A stretch of 64,000 nucleotides of DNA from a virus (IMGVR_UViG_3300028242_000036:8222-72221), one strand, 5' to 3'. Counted from the first letter of the stretch, positions 48,542 through 59,153 are shown. Program-made: numbers and translations. The notes: generated by a model not told the origin, from the sequence alone.

Positions 48542-48766
48542 TTATTTTTCTGCTTGGAGTAGCCAATCGGTAAACCGATTAGTTAACTCTCTTGCCTTGC
48601 TACCTAACATCCAAGGAAAAACTGTTTTGGCTAACAAATCAAACACAGTTATATCTTCGCCCAGCTCGATAAAAAAGGTAGATGTATAAGCACACACTAT
48701 TATTAATGCAGTTACACTCCATACAAGTATTCTTCTTTTGTTCATTTCTTTATACCTCTTATCCAA
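48542..48766 (-). CDS. Small membrane protein
   Basis: Hydrophobic N-terminal segment. Confidence 0.5.
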   Translation of the reverse strand: MDKRYKEMNKRRILVWSVTALIIVCAYTSTFFIELGEDITVFDLLAKTVFPWMLGSKARELTNRFTDWLLQAEK

Positions 48767-49145
48767 ATATCACATCATCAAAAACAGCATACTGAATAAT
48801 ACAATCACAAGTAGTAGCATCGTAATTCTCTAAATCACAATCCCAAGGTCTTTCTTCTGCATTTTTCTGTATTCCTACAAGCAATCTGTCAAGGGTAAAA
48901 TCATACTTAGGCTCTTCATCCTCTTTTATATCTGTGATTTTAACTTTGCCACCATTCAGGATAATCTTTGCTACAATTTCAGCAGTAGCAAGGTCTGTTG
49001 TATTGTAATACTTTTCAAATTCCTCTGTGTCATTGTGAAGCATAGCCCAATATCCAATGCCTGTTTCAAGCCCATCAATGACAAGATTCGTAATCTCTTC
49101 TTCTGTGATTTTCTTCTTAATTGTATATTCAAACTCTCTGCTCAT
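48759..49145 (-). CDS. Hypothetical protein
   Basis: GIGYWA...DATTCDCIIQYAVFDDVIFG. Confidence 0.7.
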   Translation of the reverse strand: MSREFEYTIKKKITEEEITNLVIDGLETGIGYWAMLHNDTEEFEKYYNTTDLATAEIVAKIILNGGKVKITDIKEDEEPKYDFTLDRLLVGIQKNAEERPWDCDLENYDATTCDCIIQYAVFDDVIFG

Positions 49146-49156
49146 ATTATCTCTCC

Positions 49157-49366
49157 TTATCCCATTTTATAATTTTTGTACCAACTGTCTTTTCTCGGTG
49201 TTGTTCTTGGCTTATATTTATTACAATCTTTTATATCACAACCTCTCGGTTCTTCTGTTTTTATACAATAACAACAAGCTTTATACGGTGTGTATTCCCA
49301 CATAAGGATTTCACCATATTCACAACTCTCCCACTTCGGACAGTCACAATGTTTTACATTACTCAT
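49157..49366 (-). CDS. Cys-rich hypothetical protein
   Basis: GAGG RBS; multiple Cys. Confidence 0.55.
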   Translation of the reverse strand: MSNVKHCDCPKWESCEYGEILMWEYTPYKACCYCIKTEEPRGCDIKDCNKYKPRTTPRKDSWYKNYKMG

Positions 49367-49399
49367 AATTCAATACCTCTTTCTTTATTATACTCTTTA

Positions 49400-49810
49400 T
49401 TATTCTTTAGTCCAATAGTTTCCTATACAACCGTCTGTGCTATCCCAAGTATCAATCACTTTTCCATCTTTAATGCAGACTATATGACCACCACCAATAT
49501 GTGCCACACAAGTGCCTTTAAACTTTTTCACAAATTCTACACCTGTATATTTTGTGCCATCTGCTTTTTTAGGCTGTTTCTGTTTTATCCAACCATTATC
49601 AGCTAAATATTTGGAATAACATTCTGTACTACCCATAGACACTTTATATTTGATGACATACTCAAATAATCCTTTTGCCACATCATCCCAGCTTTTATCC
49701 ATTGCAGTACATATTGCCCTTATAACACAATCACCTGTTCTTCTGTCTTTAGGATTTGCATTATAAAACTTAAAAGATTTTGTGTTTGTTGGTATTTTTC
49801 TAATTGCCAT
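49400..49810 (-). CDS. Papain/C39-like fold phage protein
   Basis: YNANP...GDCVIRAI...GHIVCIKDGK..DTWDS; start MAIR. Confidence 0.6.
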   Translation of the reverse strand: MAIRKIPTNTKSFKFYNANPKDRRTGDCVIRAICTAMDKSWDDVAKGLFEYVIKYKVSMGSTECYSKYLADNGWIKQKQPKKADGTKYTGVEFVKKFKGTCVAHIGGGHIVCIKDGKVIDTWDSTDGCIGNYWTKE

Positions 49811-49840
49811 AATCATAACTCCTTTTCTGTTGTTGATATA

Positions 49841-49869
49841 ATTATAACATACATAATGCAATTTGTCAA
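49841..49869 (-). promoter_or_regulatory. Sigma-A promoter
   Basis: TTGACA-17-TATAAT. Confidence 0.8.
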
Positions 49870-49901
49870 TACCTTTTTTAAAATTTTATTTTATTTTTTT
49901 G

Positions 49902-50066
49902 TCAGTATTCTAAAGATTTCTGCCAACTTTTATCTTTTCTGTTGTACTTATCTTTCCTATTAACAACTTTTGTTATCGGTGAACAAGTCCACAAAGTTCT
50001 CTGCTTATTATTCTGCTCTTTCTTTTGTTTCTTATTAGGATTTTTATTTGTTACATATCGTTTCAT
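49902..50066 (-). CDS. Small basic protein
   Basis: MKRYV...SPITKVV...KYNRK. Confidence 0.6.
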   Translation of the reverse strand: MKRYVTNKNPNKKQKKEQNNKQRTLWTCSPITKVVNRKDKYNRKDKSWQKSLEY

Positions 50067-50068
50067 AA

Positions 50069-50239
50069 TTAATACTCCTTGTAAGGACATTCAAGCACAC
50101 AATTTAAGCAATCATTATTACAATAACCATTTTCAACTGTACTGCTTTCACCATTGTCATAGCTTTCAAATGCATCATATTCTGCCATTTTGCTCATAGC
50201 TTCTGTGCCATAGATAAATCTGTTAATATTCTGTCTCAT
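50069..50239 (-). CDS. 56-aa hypothetical protein (not in ORF track)
   Basis: MRQNINRF...CNNDCLNCVLECPYKEY; AGGAG RBS. Confidence 0.55.
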   Translation of the reverse strand: MRQNINRFIYGTEAMSKMAEYDAFESYDNGESSTVENGYCNNDCLNCVLECPYKEY

Positions 50240-50257
50240 AATTATAATCTCCTTCTG

Positions 50258-50839
50258 TCAAATTTCAATATCGTCAATGGTTAAATTACTTATTCTAATT
50301 CTTTCTGCTATAAATTCTTTTGCCAATACTTTAAGTCTATCAATATCAGCTAATACACTCTCACCTTTTATTGATAAATCTGAATCAGTTACTCTTTTAT
50401 ATACCTTTTCATACTCTGCTCTAATGCTCATTAAATGCTCATTAAAGCTCTTTATATAAGAGGTAATATAAATTCCCTGCTCACCCTCATAAATCGCTCT
50501 AACCTGTGTAGAATACATTATTTTATGCTCTACAAAGTGAATGTTTAACATATCGGCAGGAATATATAAATCTGCTTCTATATCACTACCACAAAACTCT
50601 TTACCTTGACTGATAGCAAATACTGTTCCGTCAAACTTAACTTTTCTCTTCAGCTTCAACTCTTCTATGGGTAATTCAACTTCTTTTATATCACCCTGCT
50701 TTGTTTCAAGCCAACCACTATTTGAGGAAACAACAATCCCCTCTGCATTATAAAAATGTATCTGATGAATTTTATAAGCCTTATTGTTTACTGTTATTGC
50801 ATAAGGTCTGTACCAATTAGTTGTTCTTCCTATCTTCAT
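50258..50839 (-). CDS. Hypothetical protein
   Basis: GGAGG RBS. Confidence 0.65.
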   Translation of the reverse strand: MKIGRTTNWYRPYAITVNNKAYKIHQIHFYNAEGIVVSSNSGWLETKQGDIKEVELPIEELKLKRKVKFDGTVFAISQGKEFCGSDIEADLYIPADMLNIHFVEHKIMYSTQVRAIYEGEQGIYITSYIKSFNEHLMSIRAEYEKVYKRVTDSDLSIKGESVLADIDRLKVLAKEFIAERIRISNLTIDDIEI

Positions 50840-50841
50840 AA

Positions 50842-51015
50842 TTAATCCTCCCTAAGTAATCTTTGAAGTCTATCAACTTCCCTTTGCAATGCTCGTGGGT
50901 CTTTGCCACACTCATCCATTTGTTCAATGGTTGACTGCAAATATTCTATTCTGTGTTCTACATACTGTTTGCATCTTATGAGTATTTCCATACCTTTAAT
51001 AAAATCATTATCCAT
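50842..51015 (-). CDS. 57-aa hypothetical protein (not in ORF track)
   Basis: MDNDFIKG...RLQRLLRED; GGAGG RBS. Confidence 0.55.
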   Translation of the reverse strand: MDNDFIKGMEILIRCKQYVEHRIEYLQSTIEQMDECGKDPRALQREVDRLQRLLRED

Positions 51016-51027
51016 AACAAACCCTCC

Positions 51028-51549
51028 TTAAACTGCAATTTTTGAATACCAAGTTTCACCATTACTGAATCTTGCTGATACACCATAAGCTTCAAAACCA
51101 TACTCTTCACCAAGCTTTTTGAGTATCTTATTTATTTTGTTGATTTCTGACTTGTATTTTCTTCTTGCCTGACTTCTATACATATCATAGTAACAATGTG
51201 CATCATAGTTATCAAGGTCAAGCTCACCGTTAGCATCTTCATCGTGATGCATAGTTTCACAATAAAACTGAACACCTGAATAATAGCCACTCTTTAATTC
51301 AATCTTGTGGAAAATCAAATCATAATTGATTTCTTTAAGCTTTTTATCAATCTCATTGCAAATGTACTCTGCCTCCCATTCATCATAAAAGCTTTCTGCT
51401 TCATTTGATAAATCACAACCACAAAATTCACATTCATCATTTTCGTTATCCTGCATTGTTCTACATTCGGGACAAATTTTACACTCTTCATAAAAATCTC
51501 TTGCCCAAAGAGGGAAATTATCCATACTCCAAAAATTAGCTGTACCCAT
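51028..51549 (-). CDS. Hypothetical protein with Zn ribbon
   Basis: MGTANF, CPEC..CEFCG, SGYYSGVQF, RFSNGETWY. Confidence 0.7.
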   Translation of the reverse strand: MGTANFWSMDNFPLWARDFYEECKICPECRTMQDNENDECEFCGCDLSNEAESFYDEWEAEYICNEIDKKLKEINYDLIFHKIELKSGYYSGVQFYCETMHHDEDANGELDLDNYDAHCYYDMYRSQARRKYKSEINKINKILKKLGEEYGFEAYGVSARFSNGETWYSKIAV

Positions 51550-51571
51550 AAATCTTAACCCCTTTCAAATA

Positions 51572-51913
51572 TCATTCTTCTAATTCATCTTTGAATTTTA
51601 TTGTACCCCATCCACATTCAATAGGAATTACCTTGTCACCCATAACATTGCAAATTGCTTTCATATAAAGAGCATCACAATTATATAAGCAGGTTTCTTC
51701 ATTATCGTCTGTGGTAATGTTGTATTCTTCGATTGCCCAAGGCAAAAGCTTAATTACTTCTGATTCAATTTCATCAAAAACATTTTTGTTTTCAGTAATA
51801 TAATTGTAAAGAGCATCACTGATTTCACTTTCATACATATTCTCAATCTTATCAATTAGGTCAACAATAGTTTTAAGTTGCTCATTGGTGTAACTGTTAA
51901 TATTAAGTTTCAT
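51572..51913 (-). CDS. Hypothetical protein
   Basis: GGGAG RBS and own promoter. Confidence 0.65.
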   Translation of the reverse strand: MKLNINSYTNEQLKTIVDLIDKIENMYESEISDALYNYITENKNVFDEIESEVIKLLPWAIEEYNITTDDNEETCLYNCDALYMKAICNVMGDKVIPIECGWGTIKFKDELEE

Positions 51914-52050
51914 ATTTAATCTCCCCTTTAAAATTTGATTTGTTTTGTAACCTCTGTTTGATTACACCTATATATTACCATAAATCTTTTACATTGTCAA
52001 TATAATAATTGCACAAATATTATTTTATTTATTTGTAGAATATGTACAAA

Positions 52051-52367
52051 TCACTCCATTATTTTGACAATCTTCATTCTTTGTGCAAGTATCCAGCACC
52101 ACCTTGGCTTTCGGGTCTGTCATAAGATGCCCAATCTTCTACCTCACACTCTACCCACACTCTTTTCTCGCCGTTTGCTAACTGTGTTTTTAAGTGTGGA
52201 GCAATGGGTTGAAAACAACAATGCCAACCTTGTCTAACTGCAAATCCTTTTGTCGGGTGACACTCTGCATCCATCCACTCACCAATCGGTGTCGGTACAG
52301 TTTTGTTAATAAACAATGGATAAAGATTTCCGTCTTTCTTCATTCTTAATAATTTGTAAGCAGTCAT
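52051..52367 (-). pseudogene. Phage protein with apparent 1-bp frameshift near the 3' end
   Basis: ...RPESQGGA then GYLHKE*; restoring one T gives WILAQRMKIVKIME*. Confidence 0.5.
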
Positions 52368-52532
52368 AATGTTTACCTCTCTTAATATTATTTTGTTTTC
52401 TTGGTTTGTGCCTCTATTATATCACAAATATTCATATTGTCAATACAATTTTCATAAAAATAATGCACAAATAAATACTTGTTTTATTGTGCAATTCTAC
52501 CAAATATACTACCGTGGTGGTATAAAGACTAA

Positions 52533-52662
52533 TATTTTACCGTTGTAATTATTTTACCATTTATAATATTTTACCGTTTATAAATTATTATTTTACCGTT
52601 TATAAATTATTATTTTACCGTTCTCATAATTAACTCATATACCCTATTGATATTTTACCGTT
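52533..52662 (+). repeat. ATTTTACCGTT repeat block 1 (~6 copies)
   Basis: Direct, co-oriented, irregular spacing. Confidence 0.9.
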
Positions 52663-52696
52663 TTAAAATTAAACATATAAAAAAAGATAGCTGGTA

Positions 52697-53905
52697 TTAC
52701 CCAACTATCTTAACTCTGCTTATCTCTGTTTGTTTTTCTTCTTTATATTCTGTATGCTTTTTAATTGTTGCCTTAATCTTTTTAACTTTATCGGTATGCT
52801 CAATAAAATTACTTGTTTTCCATATCAATATATCACCATTTACAGTTTCAAATCTGTATATTCTCATCATTCCATAATCCGTGGGAAAGCTCGTTACACA
52901 TTCTACTGATGCTATATCAATATCTAATCTTTCGCCAACATTTCCAACATAGCTTTTATTTTCGTTTAAAGCTCGTTTCTCGGCTCTCTTCTGTTCTCTT
53001 AATAATCTGTCTTGCTCTCGTTCAAAAACCTTAAAATAGGCTGAAGGAAGGCTTACAACTAAACCAAAATCTCTGCTCTCACAATACTTATCTGCAACTG
53101 TTGTTTTAAGATTATAGATATATTGACTATTATTATCTGTTTTATCCAACCACTCCAACATCTTGTGCAGTTCAGCTTCGTTCTCTTTGGTTTCAGCATT
53201 ATAACCTATCTGCTCCATCTCTTTGAGAATATCTTTTCTATTCATACAACGGTGTGGAAACATAAACTCTGTAACTCTCTCTGTTGTTGTTTTGATGAAT
53301 CTATCATTACTTTCCATTGCCATTGTTTTACTAATAAAACCATAATGCTTAATAGTTTCTATTGCATTTAATATAATATCCTTAACTGAATAATACTTTT
53401 TACTATTCAAAGAATCTACTGCTTCGCCTTGTATAACCTCGTCAAACCAAGATATATATTGTGCTACATTCTCTGCTGATAATCCATTTGTAAAAGAATT
53501 TAAACAACTCTTTCCCACCTGCTTAAACTCTTTAGTTATTTCGTTATAAATTAAATAAGTATCTTTTCTTAATCTTTTTGAATTACAATGTTCACATACA
53601 CTATCGGTTGACCGATATACTTCGGGTATCTCTATATTAGTTTCAAACTGTCTGATAATATTACCTGTGTCTTTATGTTGAATTGTAGCAACAAAAACCC
53701 AATCATTAACCTTTGCTACCCCTTCAACCTCTACAAGATAATATTTAACATTATATTTTCTATCATCTTCTGTTATTTCTCTAAACTCTTCACCCTTAAT
53801 CTCAAATAGAAATTCTGTGTTGCCATATTTCTTACATTTATTTTCTATTCTTTTAAGTTTCTTTTTCAATCTTTCCATATTACCTTCGTGAATTAAATAC
53901 TCCAT
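52697..53905 (-). CDS. Hypothetical protein with Zn site and C-terminal OB-like fold
   Basis: CEHCN..RLR, QVGKSC, YVGNVGERL, KATIKKH..Y...KQT.ISR. Confidence 0.7.
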   Translation of the reverse strand: MEYLIHEGNMERLKKKLKRIENKCKKYGNTEFLFEIKGEEFREITEDDRKYNVKYYLVEVEGVAKVNDWVFVATIQHKDTGNIIRQFETNIEIPEVYRSTDSVCEHCNSKRLRKDTYLIYNEITKEFKQVGKSCLNSFTNGLSAENVAQYISWFDEVIQGEAVDSLNSKKYYSVKDIILNAIETIKHYGFISKTMAMESNDRFIKTTTERVTEFMFPHRCMNRKDILKEMEQIGYNAETKENEAELHKMLEWLDKTDNNSQYIYNLKTTVADKYCESRDFGLVVSLPSAYFKVFEREQDRLLREQKRAEKRALNENKSYVGNVGERLDIDIASVECVTSFPTDYGMMRIYRFETVNGDILIWKTSNFIEHTDKVKKIKATIKKHTEYKEEKQTEISRVKIVG

Positions 53906-54011
53906 AATTCTAACCCCTTTAAGTTTTATTTATGATGTCATTATAACACTTGTAATATAATTTGTCAAGTATTTCTAAATAATTATTTTACAATTTTATT
54001 TTATTTCTTTA

Positions 54012-54144
54012 TTATTTTACCGTTATAAATATTTTACCGTTTTAAAATACCCATTTTAATATTTTACCGTTTAATATTCTGCCATTAATATTATTTTACC
54101 GTTTGATATTTTACCATTTCTTTTTCTATTGTTATTTTACCGTT
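54012..54144 (+). repeat. ATTTTACCGTT repeat block 2 (~6 copies)
   Basis: Direct co-oriented copies. Confidence 0.9.
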
Positions 54145-54189
54145 ACTATTTTAGGGAACAAAAAATAGAGAACAGAATAAAACTGTTCC

Positions 54190-54594
54190 CTATTTTTTAG
54201 ACAATTCTTTTGTCCACTTTATTAAATTATAAATATTTCTATCAATAATTTCTTCTTTTTGTTCATCTGTTAGTTTCTTTATTTTTCTGCCATCAGGTAT
54301 AATACTTCTAATAATATTATATTTATAATGCTTAATTTTTTTATAGGTATAACTATCATACTGCCATCCTTCGGGTAACTCCTCAAACCATTGTTCATTT
54401 TTATCCCCTGCAAAATAAATATATGCTTGAATACTTCCGTTGTCTATATGTCCTTCACAACAGAAAATAGTTCTATATCCCAACAGATTCAATTCTTTTA
54501 TTGCTGGATATATCTTATTGTCTATTTCTGCATAATCCATACTGTTGCATTTACACTCTTCTTTTTTCTGCCAACACTTTAAACATACTAACAA
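54190..54594 (-). CDS. Hypothetical protein
   Basis: EID..I...I..LN..GYRT.FCCEGH. Confidence 0.65.
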   Translation of the reverse strand: MLVCLKCWQKKEECKCNSMDYAEIDNKIYPAIKELNLLGYRTIFCCEGHIDNGSIQAYIYFAGDKNEQWFEELPEGWQYDSYTYKKIKHYKYNIIRSIIPDGRKIKKLTDEQKEEIIDRNIYNLIKWTKELSKK

Positions 54595-55293
54595 TTACCT
54601 CAACCCTCTTTCATATAAATAATCATAATCATAATCACAGTTATAAGATTTATGACCATACTTCCCATACATCTGTTGTCTTGCTAAATGTAACTCTCCC
54701 ATTCTTTTTCCCTCACAAAAACTCTGCGGAGCTTCATATACGGTATCACCCTTATAATACTCCGAAGGAAAATTAGATGCAAATATTTTTCCACCATTTT
54801 CACAAGGGATATATTTTAAACTACCGTAATTTTTATTAGCAAACACCTTTCCGTTTTCATATCCCAAGAATACACTATTATAGTATTTTGTATCTTCTGT
54901 GATACTGTCACTTGATAACAAGATGTTTTCTGTATCTGTTAATCCCTTTTTAACAACTGTGTAATTTCTTTCTGTACCATTCATTGCTAAAACTTTTCTG
55001 TCGTACTCAAAAGGATGACAATTATCATTGCTTATCTTTCCAATACTTGCAAGTCTTGTATGATAAATCACCCATTTTATTCTGTCAATATTATTAAGTA
55101 TTTCTGCTGATATAACATCGTTAGTGAGCAACACTCCTTTGTCAATCGAATAACTTCCGTCTTTGTAAATAATACAACAACCATTGCCGTGTCCTCCCAA
55201 CTGATTTTCTAAATAATTAAATAACTCTTCCAATCCATACTGTTCTTCAATATGTTTAATTCCTGCCGTATTAATTAATGCCAATCTACACAT
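54595..55293 (-). CDS. Class II (Ntn) glutamine amidotransferase-like protein
   Basis: N-terminal MCRL, GHGNG, YHTRLAS, NCHPF, MNGT, TDTE. Confidence 0.75.
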   Translation of the reverse strand: MCRLALINTAGIKHIEEQYGLEELFNYLENQLGGHGNGCCIIYKDGSYSIDKGVLLTNDVISAEILNNIDRIKWVIYHTRLASIGKISNDNCHPFEYDRKVLAMNGTERNYTVVKKGLTDTENILLSSDSITEDTKYYNSVFLGYENGKVFANKNYGSLKYIPCENGGKIFASNFPSEYYKGDTVYEAPQSFCEGKRMGELHLARQQMYGKYGHKSYNCDYDYDYLYERGLR

Positions 55294-55414
55294 TAAACAT
55301 TCCTCCTTTACATTGTTTCTTGTTGTTCCATTCTTAAATCTTCGTAAAATTCTTTCTGTTCTGCCGTAAGTATATTATTTTCTTTTTCTGTTGTATTCTC
55401 CATAATACTCTCCT

Positions 55415-55912
55415 TTACTTATTTAAAAACTCTGTTATCTGCTTACCTACTTGACAAGCATATTTATTTCTGTCATCGTAATTATTCTGCTCGTACATTT
55501 CTGCACACTTTTCAAGCCACCAAATACAAAGCTCTGTAAATTCACCCTGCAAATATCTATGCTCTCTACTCATAGCTTCACAAAATTCTTTCTTACTAAA
55601 CCTGCCATTGATAGCATCTGTAATTGTTGTTGCTAATTGTTTTGCTTTATCATTTGAGTCTTTTGTTACTTCAAAATAAACCACATTTCCCCAACAATCA
55701 TTTGCTATTAGTCTTACTTTTGTATCGGTTTCTCTGTCAACCATAAAAGCATAAAACAACTTTAAACTATTAAGTTTATCTGCTAACTCTTTTCCGTTTT
55801 TGCTATCTTCTACTGCATCCTCAATTTCTGCAATAGAACATTCATCTCCGTACCACATATTACTCAGTGATTCTCTTATACCATCTGAATTTTTTAAAAT
55901 AGGATTCTTCAT
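55415..55912 (-). CDS. Hypothetical protein
   Basis: EHRYLQ..F...C..W......DDRN. Confidence 0.65.
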   Translation of the reverse strand: MKNPILKNSDGIRESLSNMWYGDECSIAEIEDAVEDSKNGKELADKLNSLKLFYAFMVDRETDTKVRLIANDCWGNVVYFEVTKDSNDKAKQLATTITDAINGRFSKKEFCEAMSREHRYLQGEFTELCIWWLEKCAEMYEQNNYDDRNKYACQVGKQITEFLNK

Positions 55913-56196
55913 TACACTTCTCCACCTTTATTTGAAATTTCTGTATCAATAATGTGAGTGATAGCACTCATTCTGTCCCAATTTTCCATTATGTTTTCTG
56001 TTGTTTCATTTTCCTTTGCTTCTCTGCTTAAAAACATTACTGTAAAATCTCTCAAATTTCTCAGTGCAAGTATATCCATTTCTGCAAGATGTAAAGTTTC
56101 TTTGATAATTTTAATTTCTTCGTTTGATGCAAAACCCCTCTGCTTTGGATGATATTTGTTTAAAAGTTCTCTTAACATTTGAAAATTAGTATTCAT
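55912..56196 (-). CDS. Hypothetical protein
   Basis: GGAGG RBS. Confidence 0.6.
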   Translation of the reverse strand: MNTNFQMLRELLNKYHPKQRGFASNEEIKIIKETLHLAEMDILALRNLRDFTVMFLSREAKENETTENIMENWDRMSAITHIIDTEISNKGGEV

Positions 56197-56210
56197 TATC
56201 CTGCCTCCTA

Positions 56211-56432
56211 TTAATAATCTTCTCTGCCATAATTAACAGTTCCACATTGTGAGCCTTCTGTGAGTACAACGGCTTTATAATCTGTTCCACGAAAACTTTC
56301 AATATTGTATTCTGCAATATCACTTCCAATGTTCATTGCAAAATCACTGCCAAATGTCTGCCTCATTCCAATTCTAACCTGCATATTATCATCATAAGTT
56401 TCAAGTATGTTAATCAATTCTCTAACTGTCAT
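56211..56432 (-). CDS. Hypothetical protein
   Basis: MTVRELINILETYDDNMQV. Confidence 0.65.
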   Translation of the reverse strand: MTVRELINILETYDDNMQVRIGMRQTFGSDFAMNIGSDIAEYNIESFRGTDYKAVVLTEGSQCGTVNYGREDY

Positions 56433-56461
56433 AATTAAATCCTCCTATAAATTATCCTTTA

Positions 56462-56776
56462 TCAATTATTCCAATCTGCAAAAGTTTCTTCTAAATCTTC
56501 TTTGTCTGCATTATCTTTGTAATACTGCAAAACTTCTTCTTTGTTATCTACAACATATCCCAAGTCAACAAACTTGTGTTCTGCCATATAGTTTAATGTT
56601 GCTCCACCATTGAATACATCAATGCTAAAACAAGATTCCATATAATTTTCTCCGTCAATCTCTTTTGCCATTTCAACGATTTCTGCTGGAAGTTCTCCAT
56701 CTCCTCTTAAACAAACTCTGCCAATACCACCACAAGGACAAAAACATTCATCAAATAATTCTTTGTTAATATACAT
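56462..56776 (-). CDS. Hypothetical protein
   Basis: GGAGG RBS. Confidence 0.6.
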   Translation of the reverse strand: MYINKELFDECFCPCGGIGRVCLRGDGELPAEIVEMAKEIDGENYMESCFSIDVFNGGATLNYMAEHKFVDLGYVVDNKEEVLQYYKDNADKEDLEETFADWNN

Positions 56777-56802
56777 AACTAAATCCTCCTTAAAATTGTG
56801 TT

Positions 56803-57012
56803 TTAAAATTCTACTTCAATATTTAATTCATTATCGGTTACATACATATACTGAATTTTTGCATTTAAAACCTTTTCTTTGATATTCCAATAATCATATT
56901 CAAAAAACTTGCCTCTGCCAAGTGTTAAATAATCTGCCCTATCTTCATTCCACATCTTAATATGATATGCTCCTTGAATTTCAAATTGTTCACTTAACTC
57001 TTTAATGCTCAT
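56803..57012 (-). CDS. Hypothetical protein
   Basis: GGAG RBS. Confidence 0.55.
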   Translation of the reverse strand: MSIKELSEQFEIQGAYHIKMWNEDRADYLTLGRGKFFEYDYWNIKEKVLNAKIQYMYVTDNELNIEVEF

Positions 57013-57025
57013 ATTAAATCCTCCA

Positions 57026-57526
57026 TTAAAATATCTTTATAAACTCTCCGTTGCAACAACCACAACGGTAATGTTCCCAATGCTTTGTAAAATTGCTTTC
57101 CTTCATTCTATTGTAAACCTTACCACAATCTTTACACTTAAACTGATGCTTAATTGCTTGCGGTGTATTCTCTATAGGCTCTACACCTTTTTCCTCTGCA
57201 CTTGAACATCTTTTAATATTGTATCCGTATGCTCTGTTGACTTTGTTTGCTTCTCGTTTCCAATTCTCACCGTGATTCATACAACCTTTACAAGTATGTA
57301 ACAGTTCGTGAATAATTGTATTAATTGCTCCGTCAACATCAACATCATCTGCCAACAACCTGCTTGAAATACTAATTGTATAACTACCGTTGGAATTATA
57401 TTTACATAAACCCCATCTCTTCTTTGCTCTTGTATTGACCTCCCAATGGATAACCTCTGCATACTGAATACCGATGTTATCAAGTTCTACCATACATTCG
57501 TTTGCAAGTTCGATTAAGTTTTTCAT
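57026..57526 (-). CDS. SprT-like zinc metalloprotease domain protein
   Basis: RAKKRWGLC, IIHELLHT, NHG..WK, CKDCG...RCGCC. Confidence 0.8.
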   Translation of the reverse strand: MKNLIELANECMVELDNIGIQYAEVIHWEVNTRAKKRWGLCKYNSNGSYTISISSRLLADDVDVDGAINTIIHELLHTCKGCMNHGENWKREANKVNRAYGYNIKRCSSAEEKGVEPIENTPQAIKHQFKCKDCGKVYNRMKESNFTKHWEHYRCGCCNGEFIKIF

Positions 57527-57646
57527 TGTTTTTTCTCTCCTAAATTTTATTTTGTTTGTTTCTATACTTATATTATACTCATAATTTTCATATTGTCAAT
57601 AGGATTTCTACCAAAATATTGCACAAATCTTATTATATATTTTTGT

Positions 57647-58021
57647 TTAATGTGTATAAGTTTTTCTGCCGTAACCTCTGATAGCCATTTCTCTTTTTTC
57701 AAATATATCTATATCGTTTAATGATTTTTCTTTAAAAGTAATAATATGATAGTTATTAGGTGCAACCACTATATACTCATATCTATTCAAGGCAATATTA
57801 ACACTACCATCTGTATTGTAATATGCTAATATGGGATACATTATTGCCTTGCGAATATCAATATCGGGATACCTTTCTGCTATTCTCTGTTTGGCGTGTT
57901 TTGTTAAAACAAAATGCTCTGCAATTTCTCTTAACTCTTCTGCCGTTAATTCTTGTCCTCTGTTTAATTTTCTCATAATTCTGTCAACCTTTCTTCTGTT
58001 GTTGTACCTATATTTTACCAT
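57647..58021 (-). CDS. Hypothetical basic protein
   Basis: LTKHAKQRIAER. Confidence 0.55.
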   Translation of the reverse strand: MVKYRYNNRRKVDRIMRKLNRGQELTAEELREIAEHFVLTKHAKQRIAERYPDIDIRKAIMYPILAYYNTDGSVNIALNRYEYIVVAPNNYHIITFKEKSLNDIDIFEKREMAIRGYGRKTYTH

Positions 58022-58116
58022 ATTGATATTGCAAAATCTATTCGCAAAATAACCAAATATTATTTTGTTTTTCTGTTGTTTTTATACATATTGCACAACA
58101 ACCTTTCTGCTGGATT

Positions 58117-58319
58117 ATTATTTTACCGTTGCAATGTTTTATTATTATATTATTTTACCGTTTTGATTTTTAATATTATTATTTTACCGTTCTTAATATG
58201 TTACCGTTTAATTATTTTACCGTTTCCACTTTAATATTTTACGGTTTCTAATATTTTACGGTTTTAAATATTGTTATTTTACCGTTTATTATTTTACAGT
58301 TACTAATATTTTACCGTTT
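58117..58319 (+). repeat. ATTTTACCGTT repeat block 3 (~10 copies incl. ACGG/ACAG variants)
   Basis: Direct co-oriented copies. Confidence 0.9.
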
Positions 58320-58366
58320 ATATAATCCAATAATAAAAAGAGTATCAAAACTGATACCCTTGTGTT

Positions 58367-58645
58367 TTATTCTATTATCATTTCCATTTCTACTGCCATT
58401 TTATATAGTTCTGTGATTATCTTTTCTTCCATCTGCCCAATGCTTAACTCTGTATCACTACACAACCAAATCGCTGTTGCTGTGGCTCTAAAATCGTTCT
58501 GCTTTAACAGTTCAAACATTTTATTATATTGTGCCTCTCCTCCGTGATAAAACCAATGTTCTTTTATACACAATGTCCTCATTAAAGAAACTTTCCAAGC
58601 ATTTTTTAAACCCTTAATTTTTTCTGCCATTTCAATATTATTCAT
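58367..58645 (-). CDS. Hypothetical protein
   Basis: Start MNNIE after GGAGG. Confidence 0.6.
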   Translation of the reverse strand: MNNIEMAEKIKGLKNAWKVSLMRTLCIKEHWFYHGGEAQYNKMFELLKQNDFRATATAIWLCSDTELSIGQMEEKIITELYKMAVEMEMIIE

Positions 58646-59153
58646 TATAACCCTCCTCAACCTCATTAATATATTGCTCTCTCATTTTAATATAATCTTC
58701 TGATTGCATATCTGCTATTACCTGCTTGTCCTCTTCTGTTAATAAATCATATCTTTTCCCTATCCTTTCACAATACGGTCTTAATGCTATTTTATCTAAT
58801 ACCTTTATCATATCTTCAATGAATAAATTCCCAAGGCTCTCGGTATCTTTACTCAATATACTTGATAATGCAACTTTAATTACATTTTCTTCTCTTGTTT
58901 GTGTCTTTATATCTTCTTCAAGCATCATATTATCAAACAATAAATCATCTCTTTTCTGTATTAGTTCATCTCTAACTGATTTAAATTTTTCTATTGTTTG
59001 TAATATCTCTTCCCTGCTCTTTGTTGTTTCTGTGGCTATATTCCTATTGATTTTATCAATAACATTATAACCTTTTTCAATCTTGCTTTCATTCTCTGCA
59101 ATTTCTACCCCTATACCCTTTATCGCATACCCTAATAATTCTTTTCTATCCAT
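58638..59153 (-). CDS. Hypothetical protein
   Basis: Start MDRK after GAGAGGG. Confidence 0.6.
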   Translation of the reverse strand: MDRKELLGYAIKGIGVEIAENESKIEKGYNVIDKINRNIATETTKSREEILQTIEKFKSVRDELIQKRDDLLFDNMMLEEDIKTQTREENVIKVALSSILSKDTESLGNLFIEDMIKVLDKIALRPYCERIGKRYDLLTEEDKQVIADMQSEDYIKMREQYINEVEEGYNE

